The notes under the pieces were generated by a model. The model had not been told where the DNA came from and did not search any database. It worked only from the letters and a program-made list of their open reading frames with translations. DNA of 64,000 bases, taken from Eledone cirrhosa (lineage: Eukaryota). The stretch spans positions 137,082,001 through 137,146,000 of the forward strand of contig OZ024743.1 in the NCBI GenBank assembly GCA_964016885.1, read 5' to 3'. Position 1 is the stretch's first letter; every line of letters starts with the position of its first letter. Below are positions 28,610 to 43,289 of the stretch, in pieces. Made by a program: the position numbers and the translations under genes.

Positions 28610-31600
28610 ACCAAGCACCAAGCACCAAGCAGCAAACACCAAGCATCAAACACCAAACACCAAACACCAAGCACCAAACACCAAGCACCAAGCAGCAAAT
28701 ACCAAACACCAAGCACCAAGCACCAAGCACCAAACACCAAACACCAAGCACCAAACACCAAACACCAAGCACCAAGCACCAAACACCAAACAACAAGCAC
28801 CAGGCACCAAGCACCAAAAACCAAACACCAAGCACGCAGCATCAAACAGCAAGCACCAAGCACCAAGCACCAAACACCAAGCACCAAGCACCAAGCACCA
28901 AGTACCAAACACCAAACACCAAGCACCAAACACCAAACACCAGGGACCAAGCACCAAGCACGAAACACCATGCACCAAGCACCAAGCACCAAACACCAAG
29001 CACCAAGCACCAAACACCAGCCACCAAGCACCAAGCAGCAAACACCAAACACCAAGCACTAAGCACCAAAAACCAAACAACAAACACCAGGCACCAAGCA
29101 CCAAAAACCAAACACCAAGCACGCAGCACTAAACACCAAGCACCAAGCACCAAACACCAAGCACCAAGCACCAAGCACCAAACACCAAACACCAAACACC
29201 AAGCACCAAGAACCAAACACCAAACACCAAACCCTAATCACCAAGCACCAAGCACAAAACACCAAGCACCAAGCAGCAAGCACCAAACACCAAGCACCAA
29301 GCACTAATCACCAAACACCAAGAACCAAGCACCAAACACCAAGCACCAAGGACCAAGCACCAGGCACCAAGCACAAAGCACCAAACACAAAACACTAAGC
29401 ACCAAACACAAAACACCAAGCACCAAGCACCAAGCAGCAAACACCAAGCATCAAACACCAAACACCAAACACCAAGCACCAAACACCAAGCACCAAGCAG
29501 CAAACACCAAACACCAAGCACCAAGCACCAAGCACCAAACACCAAACACCAAGCACCAAACACCAAACACCAAGCACCAAGCACCAAACACCAAACAACA
29601 AGCACCAGGCACCAAGCACCAAGCACCAAACACCAAACACCAAGCACCAAACACCAGCCACCAAGCACCAAGCAGCAAACACCAAACACCAAGCACTAAG
29701 CACCAAAAACCAAACAACAAGCACGCAGCACCAAACACCAAGCACCAAGCACCAAACACCAAGCACCAAGCACCAAGCACCAAACACCAAACACCAAACA
29801 CCAAGCACCAAGAACCAAACACCAAACACCAAACCCTAATCACCAAGCACCAAGCACAAAACACCAAGCACCAAGCAGCAAGCTCCAAACACCAAGCACC
29901 AAGCACCAAGCACCAAGCACCAAACACCAAGCACCAAGCACCAAACACCAAACCCCAAGCACCAAAGACCAAGCACCAAGCACCAAGAACCAAACACCAA
30001 GCACCAAGCACCAAGCACCAAACACCAAGCACCAAGCACCAAACACCCAGCCCCAAGCACCAAGCACCAAACACCAAGCACCAAGCACCAAACACCAAAC
30101 ACCAAACACCAAGCACCAAGCACCAAACAGCAAGCACCAAACACCAAACAGCAAACATCAAACAGCAAACACCAAACACCAAACAGCAAACAGCAAACGC
30201 CAAACACCAAGCACCAAGCACCAAGCAGCAAACACCAAGCACCAAGCACCAAGCACAAAACACCAAACACCTAGCACCAAGGACCAAACATCAAACACCA
30301 AGCACCAAGCACCTAGCACAAAGCACCGAACACCAAGCACCAAACACCAAACACCAAACACCAAGCACCAAACACCAAACACCAGGCACCAAGCACCAAA
30401 CACCAAGCACCATGCACCAAACACCAAGCACCAAGCACGAAGCACCAAACACCAAACACCAAGCACCAAACACTAAGCACCAAGCACCAAGTACATACAC
30501 CAAGAACCAAACACAAAACACCAAGCACCAAGCAACAAGCATCAAACACCAAGCATCAAACACCATACACAAAGCACCAAGCACCGAAACACCAAACACC
30601 AAGCACCAAGCACCAAGCACCAAGCACAAACATCAAGCACCCAGCACCAAACACCAAGCACCAAGCACCAAGCACCAAACACAGAGCACCAAACACCAAA
30701 CACCAAGCACCAAACACCAAACACCAAGCACCAAGCACCAAAACCCAAACACCAAGCACCAAGCACCAAACACCAAACACCAAACACCAGAAACCAAGCA
30801 CCAAACACCAAACACCAAACACCAAGCACAAAGCACCAAACACCAAGCACCAAGCACCAAACAGCAAACCCCAAGCACCAAGCACCAAACACTAATCACC
30901 AAGCACCAAGCACCACACAACAAGCACCAAACACCAAGAACCAGGCACCAAGCACCAAGCACCAAACACAAAACACCAAGCACCAAACACCAAACACCAA
31001 GCACTAAGCACCAAGCACCAAGCACCAAACTCCAAGCACCCAGCAGCAAACACCAAACACCAAGCACCAAACACCAAACAACAAGCACCAGGTACCAAGC
31101 ACCAAACACCAAAAACCAAGCAACAAGCACCAAACACCAAGCACCAAGCACCAAGCACCAAACACCAAACACCAAACACCAAGTACCAAGCACCAAACAG
31201 CAAGCACCAAACACCAAACAGCAAACAGCAAACATCAAACAGCAAACAGCAAACAGCAAACAGCAAACAGCAAACGCCAAACACCAAGCACCAAGCACCA
31301 AGCACTAAACACCAAGCACCAACACCAAGCACAAAACACCAAACACCAAGCACCAAGGACCAAACATCAAACACCAAGCACCAAGCACCTAGCACAAAGC
31401 ACCGAACACCAAGCACCAACACCAAGCACCAAGCACGAAGCACCAAACACGAAGCACCAAGCACCAAACACTTAACACCAAGCACCAAGCACCAAGCACC
31501 TAACACCAAGCACCAAACACCAAACACCAAGCACCAAGTACCAAACACCAAGCACCAAGCACCAAACACCAAGCACCAAGCACCAATCACCAAACACCAA

Positions 31601-34600
31601 GAACCAAGCACCAAACACCAAGCACCAAGCACATACACCAAGAACCAAGCACCAAACACCAAACACCAAACACCAAGCACAAAGCACCAAACACCAAGCA
31701 CCAAGCACCAAACAGCAAACCCCAAGCACCAAACACAAAACACCAAGCACCAAGCAACAAGCATCAAACACCAAGTATCAAACACCAAACAACAAGCACC
31801 AAGCACCAAACACCAAACACCAAGCACCAAGCACCAAGCACCAAGCACAAACATCAAGCACCCAGCACCAAACACCAAGCACCAAGCACCAAGCACCAAA
31901 CACCAAGCACCAAACACCAAACACCAAGCACCAAACACCAAACACAAAGCACCAAGCACCAAAACCCAAACACCAAGCACCAAGCACCAAACACCAAACA
32001 CCAAACACCAGAAACCAAGCACCAAACACCAAACACCAAACACCAAGCACAAAGCACCAAACACCAAGCACCAAGCACCAAACAGCAAACCCCAAGCACC
32101 AAGCACCAAACACTAATCACCAAGCAACAAGCACCACACAACAAGCACCAAGCACCAAGAACCAGGCACCAAGCACCAAGCACCAAACACAAAACACCAA
32201 GCACCAAGCACCAAGTAGCACACACCAAGCATCAAACACCAAACACCAAACACCAAGCACCAAACACCAAACACCAAGTCCTAAGCAGCAAGCACCAAGC
32301 ACCAAACTCCAAGCACCCAGCACCAAACACCAAACACCAAGCACCAAGCACCAAACACCAAACACCAAGCACCAAGCACCAAGCACCAAACACCAAACAC
32401 CAAACACCAAGCACCAAACACCAAGCACCAAGCACCAAACAACAAGCACCAAGCACCAAGCACCAAACACCAAGCACCAAGCACCAAGCACCAAACACCA
32501 AGCACCAAGCACCAACCACCAAACCCCAAGCACCAAGCAACAAACACTAATCACCAAGTACCAAGCACCAAACACCAAGCACCAAGCACCAAGCACCAAA
32601 CACCAAGCACCAAGCACCAAGCACCAAACACCAAACACCAAGCACCAAACACCAAGCACCAAGCACCAAACAACAAGCACCAAGCACCAAGCATCAAACA
32701 CCAAGCACCAAGCACCAAACACCAACCACCCAGCACCAAGCCCCAAGCACCAAGCACCAAACACCAAACACCAAGCACCAAGCACCAACCCCCAAACCCC
32801 AAGCACCAATCAACAAACACTAATCACCAAGCACCAAGCACCAAACACCAAGCACCAAGCACCAAGCACCAAACACCAAGCACCAAGCACCAAGCACCAA
32901 ACACCAAGCACCAAACACCAAACACCAAGCACCAAGCACCAAACACCAAACACCAAGCACCAAGCACCAAGCACCAAACACCAAACAACAAGCACCAAAC
33001 ACCAAACACCAAGCACCAAAAACCAAACACCAAGCACCAAGGACCCAACATCAAACACCAAACACCAAGCACCAAACACCAAACACCAAGCACCAAGCAC
33101 CAAGCACCAAGCACCGAACACCAAGCCCCAAACACCAAGCACCAAACACCAAGCCCCAAACACCAAACACCAAGTCCCACGCACCAAGCACCAAACACCA
33201 AACAGCAAGCACCAAGCACCAAACACCAAACAACAAGCACCAGGCACCAAGCACCAAACACCAAACACCAAGCACCATGCACCAAACACCAAACACCAAG
33301 CACGCAGCATCAAACACCAAGCACCAAGCGCCAAGCACCAAACACCAATCACCAAGCACCAAGCACCAAGTACCAAACACCAACCACCAAGCACCAAACA
33401 CCAAACACCAAGCACCAAACACCAAGCACGAAACACCAGGCACCAAGCACCAAACACCAAACACCAAGCACCAAACACCAGCCACCAAGCACCAAGCACC
33501 AAACTCCAAACACCAAGCACTAAGCACCAAACACCAAACAACAAGCAGCAGGCACCAAGCACCAAACACCAAACACCAAGCACGCAGCACCAAACACCAA
33601 GCACCAAGCACCAAACACCAATCACCTAGCACCAAGCACCAAACACCAAACACCAAACACTAATCACCAAGCACCAAGCACCAAACACCAAGCACCAAGC
33701 AGAAAGCACCAAACACCAAGCACCAAGCACCAAACACCAAGCACCAAGCACCAAACAGCAAGCACCAAATACCAAGCACCAAACACCAAGCACCAAACAC
33801 CAAGCCCCACGCACCAAGCACCAAACACCAAACACCAAGCACCAAGCACCAAACACCAAGCACCAAGCACGAAGCCCCTAGCACCAAACACCAAACACCA
33901 ATCAAAAAGCACAAAACACCAAGCACCAATCACCAAGCACCAAACACCAAGCAGCAAGCAGCAAGCACCAAACACCAAACACCAAGCACCAAGCACCAAA
34001 TACCAAACACCAAGCACCAAGCTCCAAACATCAAACAACAAGAACCAGGCACCAAGCACCAAACACAAAAACACCAAGCACCAAGCACCAAACACCAAAC
34101 ACCAAGCACGCAGCATCAAACACCAAGCACCAAGCACCAAGCACCAAAGACCAAGCACCAAGCACCAAGTACCAAACACCAAACACCCAGCACCAAACAC
34201 CAAACACCAAGCACCAAGCACCAAGCACGAAACACCAGGCACCAAGCACCAAGCACAAAACACCAAACACCAAGCACCAAACACCAGCCACCAAGCACCA
34301 AGTATCAAACACCAAACACCAAGCACTATGCACCAAACACCAAACAACAAGCACCAGGCACCAAGCACCAAGCACCAAACACCAAGCACGCAGCACCAAA
34401 CACCAAGCACCAAGCACCAAACACCAAACACCAAGCACCAAGCACCAAGCACCAAACACCAAACACCAAACACCAAGCACCAAGAACCAAACACCAAACA
34501 CCAAACAGCAAGCACCAAGCACCAAACACCAAGCACCAAACACCAAACCCCAAGCACCAATCACCAAACACTAATCAACAAGCACCAAGCACCAAACACA

Positions 34601-37600
34601 AAGCACCAAGCAGCAAGCACCAAACACCAAGCACCGAGCACCAAGCACCAAGCACCAAACACCAAGCAGCAAGCACCAAACACCAAACCCCAAGCACCAA
34701 AGACCAAGCACAAAGCACCAAGGACCAAACACCAAGCACCAAGCACCAAGCACCAAACACCAAGCACCAAGCACCAAACACCCAGCACCAAGCACCAAGC
34801 ACCAAACACCAAGCACCAAGCACCAAACACCAAACACCAAACACCAAGCACCAAGCACCAAACAGCAAGCACCAAACACCAAACAACAAACAGCAAACGC
34901 CAAACACCAAGCACCAAGCACCAAGCACCAAACACCAAGCACCAAGCACCAAGCACAAATCAGCAAACACCAAGCACCAAGGACCAAATATCAAACACCA
35001 AGCACCAAGCACCAAACACCAAACACCAATCACCAAGCACCAAGCACAAAGCACCGAACACCAAGCACCAAGCACCAAGCACCAAACACCAAGCACCAAA
35101 CACCAAGCACCAGGCACCAAGCACCAAACACCAGGCACCATGCACCAAACACCAAGCACCAAGCACGAAGCACCAAACACCAAGCACCAAACACCAAACA
35201 CTTAACACCAAGCACCAAGCACCAAGCACCAAGCACCAAGCACCAAACACCAAACACCAAGCACCAAGTATCAAACACCAAGCACCAAGCACCAAACACC
35301 AAGCAGCAAGCACCAATCACCAAACACCAAGAACCAAGCACCAAACACCAACTACCAAGCACCAAGTACATACACCAAGCACCAAACACCAAACACAAAA
35401 CACCAAGCACCAAACACCGAGCACCAAACACCAGATACCAAGCACCAAGCACCAAACACCAAACACGAAGCACGCAACATCAAACACCAAGCACCAAGCA
35501 CCAAGCACCAAGCAACAAACACCAAGCACCAAGCACCAAGTACCAAACACCAACAACCAAGCACCAAACACCAAACACCAAGCTCCAAGCACCAAGCACG
35601 AAACACCAGGCACCAAGCACCAAGCACCAAACACCAAGCACCAAACACCAAACACCAAGCACCAAGTATCAAACACCAAGCACCAAGCACCAAACACCAA
35701 GCAGCAAGCACCAATCACCAAACACCAAGATCCAAGCACCAAACACCAACCACCAAGCACCAAGTACATACACCAAGCACCTAACACCAAACACAAAACA
35801 CCAAGCACCAAGGACCAAGCACGAAACACCAAGCCCCAAGAACCAAGCACCAAACGCCAAACACCAAACACCAAACACCAAGCACCAAGCACCAAGCACC
35901 AAACACCAGACACCAAGCACCAAACACCAAGCACCAAGCACCAAGCACCAAACACCAAACAACAAGCACCAGGTACCAAGCACCAAACACCAAAAACCAA
36001 ACACCAAGCACCAAGCACCAAGCACCAAACACCAAACACCAAGCACCAAGCACCAAGCACCAAACACCAAACAGCAAACACCAAACACCAAACAGCAAAA
36101 ACCAAATACGAAACAGCAAACACCATACAGCAAACACGAAACACCAAAAAGCAGACACCAAACACCAAACACCAAACACCAAGCACCAAGCACCAAGCAC
36201 CAACCACCAAACCCCAAGCACCAAGCAACACACACTAATCACCAAGCACCAAGCACCAAACAACAAGCACCAAGCACCAAGCACCAAACACCAAGCACCA
36301 AGCACCAACCACCAACCACCAACCACCCAGAACCTAGCACCAAGCACCAAACAGCAAGCACCAAACACCAAACACCAAACACCAAGCACCAAGCACCAAG
36401 CACCAAACACCAAGCCCCAAGCACCAAGCACCAAACACCAAACACCAAGAACCAAGCACCAAACACCAAGCACCAAGCACCAATCACAAAGAAAGAAACA
36501 ACAAGCAGCAAGCAGCAAGCACCAAACACCAAACACCAAGCACCAAACACCAAGCACCAAACACCAAGCACCAAACACCAAACACTAAGTCCCACGCACC
36601 AAGCACCAAACACCAAACAGCAAGCACCAAGCACCAAACACCAAGCACCAAGCACCAACCCCCTAGCACCAAACACCAAACACCAAGCACCAAGCACAAA
36701 ACACCAAGCACCAATCACCATGCACCAAACACCAAGCAGCAAGCAGCAAGCACCAAACGCCAAAACCAAGCACCAAGCACCAAACACCAAACACCAAGCA
36801 CCAAGCACCAAACACCTAACACCAAGCACCAAGCACCAAGCACCAAGCACCAAACACCAAGCACCAATCACCAAACACCAAGCACCAAGCACCAAACGCC
36901 AAGCACTAGGCACCAAGCACCAAACACCAAGCACCAAACACCAAGCACCAAGCACCAAACACCAAGCACCAAGACCGAAGCACCAAACACCAATCACCAA
37001 ACTCCAAACACAAAACACCAAGCACCAAGCAGCAAGCACCAAACACCAAACACCAAGCACCAAGCACCAAATACCAAACACCAAGCACCAAGGACCAAAC
37101 ATCAAACACCAAGCACCAAGCACCAAACACCTAACACCAAGCACCAAGCACCAAGCCCCAAACACCAACACCAAGCACCAAAGACCAAGCACCAAGCACC
37201 AAGCACCAAACACCAAACACCAAGCACCAAACACCAAACCCCAAGCACCAAACACCAAACCGCAAGCACCAAGCACCAAACACTAATCACCAAGCACCAA
37301 GCACCAAACAACAAGCACCAAGCACCAAGCACCAGGCACCAAGCACCAAGCACCAAACACAAAACACCAAGCACCAAGCACCAAGCAGCAAACACCAAAC
37401 ACCAAGCACGCAGCACCAAACACCAAGCACCAAGCACCAAACACCAAACACCAAACACCAAGCACCAAGAACGAAACACCAAACACCAAACAGCAAGCAC
37501 CAAGCACCAAACACCAAGCACCAAACACCAAACCCCAAGCACCAATCACCAAACACTAATCAACAAGCACCAAGCACCAAACACGAAGCACCAAGCAGCA

Positions 37601-38200
37601 AGCACCAAACACCAAGCACCAAGCACCAAGCACCAATCACCAAACACCAAGCACCAAGCACCAAACACCAGACCCCAAGCACCAAAGACCAAGCACAAAG
37701 CACCAAGGACCAAACACCAAGCACCAAGCACCAAGCACCAAACACCAAGCACCAAGCACCAAACACCCAGCACCAAGCACCAAGCACCAAACACCAAGCA
37801 CCAAGCACCAAACACCAAACACCAAACACCAAGCACCAAGCACCAAACAGCAAGCACCAAACACCAAACAACAAACAGCAAACGCCAAACACCAAGCACC
37901 AAGCACCAAGCACCAAACACCAAGCACCAAGCACCAAGCACAAATCAGCAAACACCAAGCACCAAGGACCAAACATCAAACACCAAGCACCAAGCACCAA
38001 ACACCAAACACCAATCACCAAGCACCAAGCACAAAGCACCAAACACCAAGCACCAAGCACCAAGCACCAAACACCAAGCACCAAACACCAAGCACCAGGC
38101 ACCAAGCACCAAACACCAGGCACCATGCACCAAACACCAAGCACCAAGCACGAAGCACCAAACACCAAGCACCAAACACCAAACACTTAACACCAAGCAC
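28610..38200 (+). repeat. Dispersed collinear copy of the 1-20.3 kb region, lacking its internal kb-scale duplications
   Basis: Offsets step down in order: 212/28842 (28630), 1213/29836 (28623), 6202/31472 (25270), 7638/32810 (25172), 15674/33626 (17952), 18809/36720 (17911). Confidence 0.85.
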
Positions 38201-40760
38201 CAAGCACCAAGCACCAAGCACCAAGCACCAAACACCAAACACCAAGCACCAAGTATCAAACACCAAGCACCAAGCACCAAACACCAAGCAGCAAGCACCA
38301 ATCACCAAACACCAAGAACCAAGCACCAAACACCAACTACCAAGCACAAAGTACATACACCAAGCACCAAACACCAAACACAAAACACCAAGCACCAAAC
38401 ACCGAGCACCAAACACCAGATACCAAGCACCAAGCACCAAACACCAAACACGAAGCACGCAGCATCAAACACCAAGCACCAAGCACCAAGCACCAAGCAA
38501 CAAACACCAAGCACCAAGCACCAAGTACCAAACACCAACCACCAAGCACCAAACACCAAACACCAAGCTCCAAGCACCAAGCACGAAACACCAGGCACCA
38601 AGCACCAAGCACCAAACACCAAGCACCAAACACCAAACACCAAGCACCAAGTATCAAACACCAAGCACCAAGCACCAAACACCAAGCAGCAAGCACCAAT
38701 CACCAAACACCAAGAACCAAGCACCAAACACCAACCACCAAGCACCAAGTACATACACCAGGCACCAAACACCAAACACAAAACACCAAGCACCAAGCAC
38801 CAAGCACGAAACACCAAGCCCCAAGCACCAAGCACCAAACACCAAACACCAAGCACCAAACACAAAACACCAAGCACCAAGCACCAAGCAGCACACACCC
38901 AGCATCAAACACCAAACACCAAACACCAAGCACCAAACACCAAACACCAAACACCAAGCACCAAGCACCAAGCACCAAACACCAGACACCAAGCACCAAA
39001 CACCAAGCACCAAGCACCAAGCACCAAACACCAAACAACAAGCACCAGGTACCAAGCACCAAACACCAAAAACCAAACACCAAGCACGAAGCACCAAGCA
39101 CCAAACACCAAACACCAAGCACCAAGCACCAACCACCAAACACCAAACAGCAAACACCAAACACCAAACAGCAAAAACCAAATACGAAACAGCAAACACC
39201 ATACAGCAAACACCAAACACCAAAAAGCAGACACCAAACACCAAACACCAAACACCAAGCACCAAGCACCAAGCACCAACCACCAAACCCCAAGCACCAA
39301 GCACCAAACAGCAAGCACCAAACACCAAACAACAAACAGCAAACGCCAAACACCAAGCACCAAGCACCAAGCACCAAACACCAAGCACCAAGCACCAAGC
39401 ACAAATCAGCAAACACCAAGCACCAAGGACCAAACATCAAACACCAAGCACCAAGCACCAAACACCAAACACCAATCACCAAGCACCAAGCACAAAGCAC
39501 CGAACACCAAGCACCAAGCACCAAGCACCAAACACCAAGCACCAAACACCAAGCACCAGGCACCAAGCACCAAACACCAGGCACCATGCACCAAACACCA
39601 AGCACCAAGCACGAAGCACCAAACACCAAGCACCAAACACCAAACACTTAACACCAAGCACCAAGCACCAAGCACCAAGCACCAAGCACCAAACACCAAA
39701 CACCAAGCACCAAGTATCAAACACCAAGCACCAAGCACCAAACACCAAGCAGCAAGCACCAATCACCAAACACCAAGAACCAAGCACCAAACACCAACTA
39801 CCAAGCACCAAGTACATACACCAAGCACCAAACACCAAACACAAAACACCAAGCACCAAACACCGAGCACCAAACACCAGATACCAAGCACCAAGCACCA
39901 AACACCAAACACGAAGCACGCAACATCAAACACCAAGCACCAAGCACCAAGCACCAAGCAACAAACACCAAGCACCAAGCACCAAGTACCAAACACCAAC
40001 CACCAAGCACCAAACACCAAACACCAAGCTCCAAGCACCAAGCACGAAACACCAGGCACCAAGCACCAAGCACCAAACACCAAGCACCAAACACCAAACA
40101 CCAAGCACCAAGTATCAAACACCAAGCACCAAGCACCAAACACCAAGCAGCAAGCACCAATCACCAAACACCAAGAACCAAGCACCAAACACCAACCACC
40201 AAGCACCAAGTACATACACCAAGCAACAAACACCAAACACAAAACACCAAGCACCAAGCACCAAGCACGAAACACCAAGCCCCAAGCACCAAGCACCAAA
40301 CACCAAACACCAAGCACCAAACACAAAACACCAAGCACCAAGCACCAAGCAGCACACACCCAGCATCAAACACCAAACACCAAACACCAAGCACCAAACA
40401 CCAAACACCAAACACCAAGCACCAAGCACCAAGCACCAAACACCAGACACCAAGCACCGAACACCAAGCACCAAGCACCAAGCACCAAACACCAAACAAC
40501 AAGCACCAGGTACCAAGCACCAAACACCAAAAACCAAACACCAAGCACCAAGCACCAAGCACCAAACACCAAACACCAAGCACCAAGCACCAAGCACCAA
40601 ACACCAAACAGCAAACACCGAACACCAAACAGCAAAAACCAAATACGAAACAGCAAACACCATACAGCAAACACCAAACACCAAAAAGCAGACACCAAAC
40701 ACCAAACACCAAACACCAAGCACCAACCACCAAGCACCAACCACCAAACCCCAAGCACCA
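37835..40760 (+). repeat. Higher-order tandem duplication, period 1461 bp (2 copies)
   Basis: ORF pairs 38015/39476, 38302/39763 and 38905/40366; TACATA 38352/39813 and 38750/40211; TACGAAA 39183/40644. All are offset by 1461. Confidence 0.93.
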
Positions 40761-43289
40761 AGCAACACGCACTAATCACCAAGCACCAAGCACCAAACAA
40801 CAAGCACCAAGCACCAAGCACCAAACACCAAGCACCAAGCACCAACCACCAACCACCCAGAACCTAGCACCAAGCACCAAACAGCAAGCACCAAACACCA
40901 AACACCAAACACCAAGCACCAAGCACCAAGCACCAAACACCAAGCCCCAAGCACCAAGCACCAAACACCAAACACCAAGAACCAAGCACCAAACACCAAG
41001 CACCAAGCACCAATCACAAAGAAAGAAACAACAAGCAGCAAGCAGCAAGCACCAAACACCAAACACCAAGCACCAAACACCAAGCACCAAACACCAAGCA
41101 CCAAACACCAAACACTAAGTCCCACGCACCAAGCACCAAACACCAAACAGCAAGCACCAAGCACCAAACACCAAGCACCAAGCACCAACCCCCTAGCACC
41201 AAACACCAAACACCAAGCACCAAGCACAAAACACCAAGCACCAATCACCATGCACCAAACACCAAGCAGCAAGCAGCAAGCACCAAACGCCAAAACCAAG
41301 CACCAAGCACCAAACACCAAACACCAAGCACCAAGCATCAAACACCTAACACCAAGCACCAAGCACCAAGCACCAAGCACCAAACACCAAGCACCAATCA
41401 CCAAACACCAAGCACCAAGCACCAAACACCAAGCACCAGGCACCAAGCACCAAACACCAAGCACCAAACACCAAGCACCAAGCACCAAACACCAAGCACC
41501 AAGACCGAAGCACCAAACACCAATCACCAAACTCCAAACACAAAACACCAAGCACCAAGCAGCAAGCACCAAACACCAAACACCAAGCACCAAGCACCAA
41601 ATACCAAACACCAAGCACCAAGGACCAAACATCAAACACCAAGCACCAAGCACCATACACCTAACACCAAGCACCAAGCACCAAGCCCCAAACACCAAGC
41701 ACCAAGCACCAAAGACCAGGCACCAAGCACCAAGCACCAAACACCAAACACCAAGCACCAAACACCAAACCCCAAGCACCAAACACCAAACCGCAAGCAC
41801 CAAGCACCAAACACTAATCACCAAGCACCAAGCACCAAACAACAAGCACCAAGCACCAAGCACCAGGCACCAAGCACCAAGCACCAAACACAAAACACCA
41901 AGCACCAAGCACCAAGCAGCAAACACCAAGCATCAAACACCAAACACCAAGCACGCAGCACCAAACACCAAGCACCAAGCACCAAACACCAAACACCAAG
42001 CACCAAGCACCGAGCACCAAACACCAAACACCAAACACCAAGCACCAAGAACCAAACACCAAACACCAAACAGCAAGCACCAAGCACCAAACACCAAGCA
42101 CCAAACACCAAACCCCAAGCACCAATCACCAAACACTAATCAACAAGCACCAAGCACCAAACACGAAGCACCAAGCAGCAAGCACCAAACACCAAGCACC
42201 AAGCACCAAGCACCAATCACCAAACACCAAGCACCAAGCACCAAACACCAGACCCCAAGCACCAAAGACCAAGCACAAAGCACCAAGGACCAAACACCAA
42301 CCACCAAGCACCAAGCACCAAACACAAAGCACCAAGCACCAAACACCCAGCACCAAGCACCAAGCACCAAACACCAAGCACCAAGCACCAAACACCAAAC
42401 ACCAAACACCAAGCACCAAGCACCAAACAGCAAGCACCAAACACCAAACAACAAACAGCAAACGCCAAACACCAAGCACCAAGCACCAAGCACCAAACAC
42501 CAAGCACCAAGCACCAAGCACAAATCAGCAAACACCAAGCACCAAGGACCAAACATCAAACACCAAGCACCAAGCACCAAACACCAAACACCAATCACCA
42601 AGCACCAAGCACAAAGCACCAAACACCAAGCACCAAGCACCAAGCACCAAACACCAAGCACCAAACACCAAGCACCAGGCACCAAGCACCAAACACCAGG
42701 CACCATGCACCAAACACCAAGCACCAAGCACGAAGCACCAAACACCAAGCACCAAACACCAAACACTTAACACCAAGCACCAAGCACCAAGCACCAAGCA
42801 CCAAACACCAAACACCAAGCACCAAGTATCAAACACCAAGCACCAAGCACCAAACACCAAGCAGCAAGCACCAATCACCAAACACCAAGAACCAAGCACC
42901 AAACACCAACTACCAAGCACCAAGTACATACACCAAGCACCAAACACCAAACACAAAACACCAAGCACCAAACACCGAGCACCAAACACCAGATACCAAG
43001 CACCAAGCACCAAATACCAAGCTCCAAGCACCAAGCACGAAACACCAGGCACCAAGCACCAAGCACCAAACACCAAGCACCAAACACCAAACACCAAGCA
43101 CCAAGTATCAAACACCAAGCACCAAGCACCAAACACCAAGCAGCAAGCACCAAGTACCAAACACCAACCACCAAGCACCAAACACCAAATACCAAGCTCC
43201 AAGCACCAAGCACGAAACACCAGGCACCAAGCACCAAGCACCAAACACCAAGCACCAAACACCAAACACCAAGCACCAAGTATCAAACA

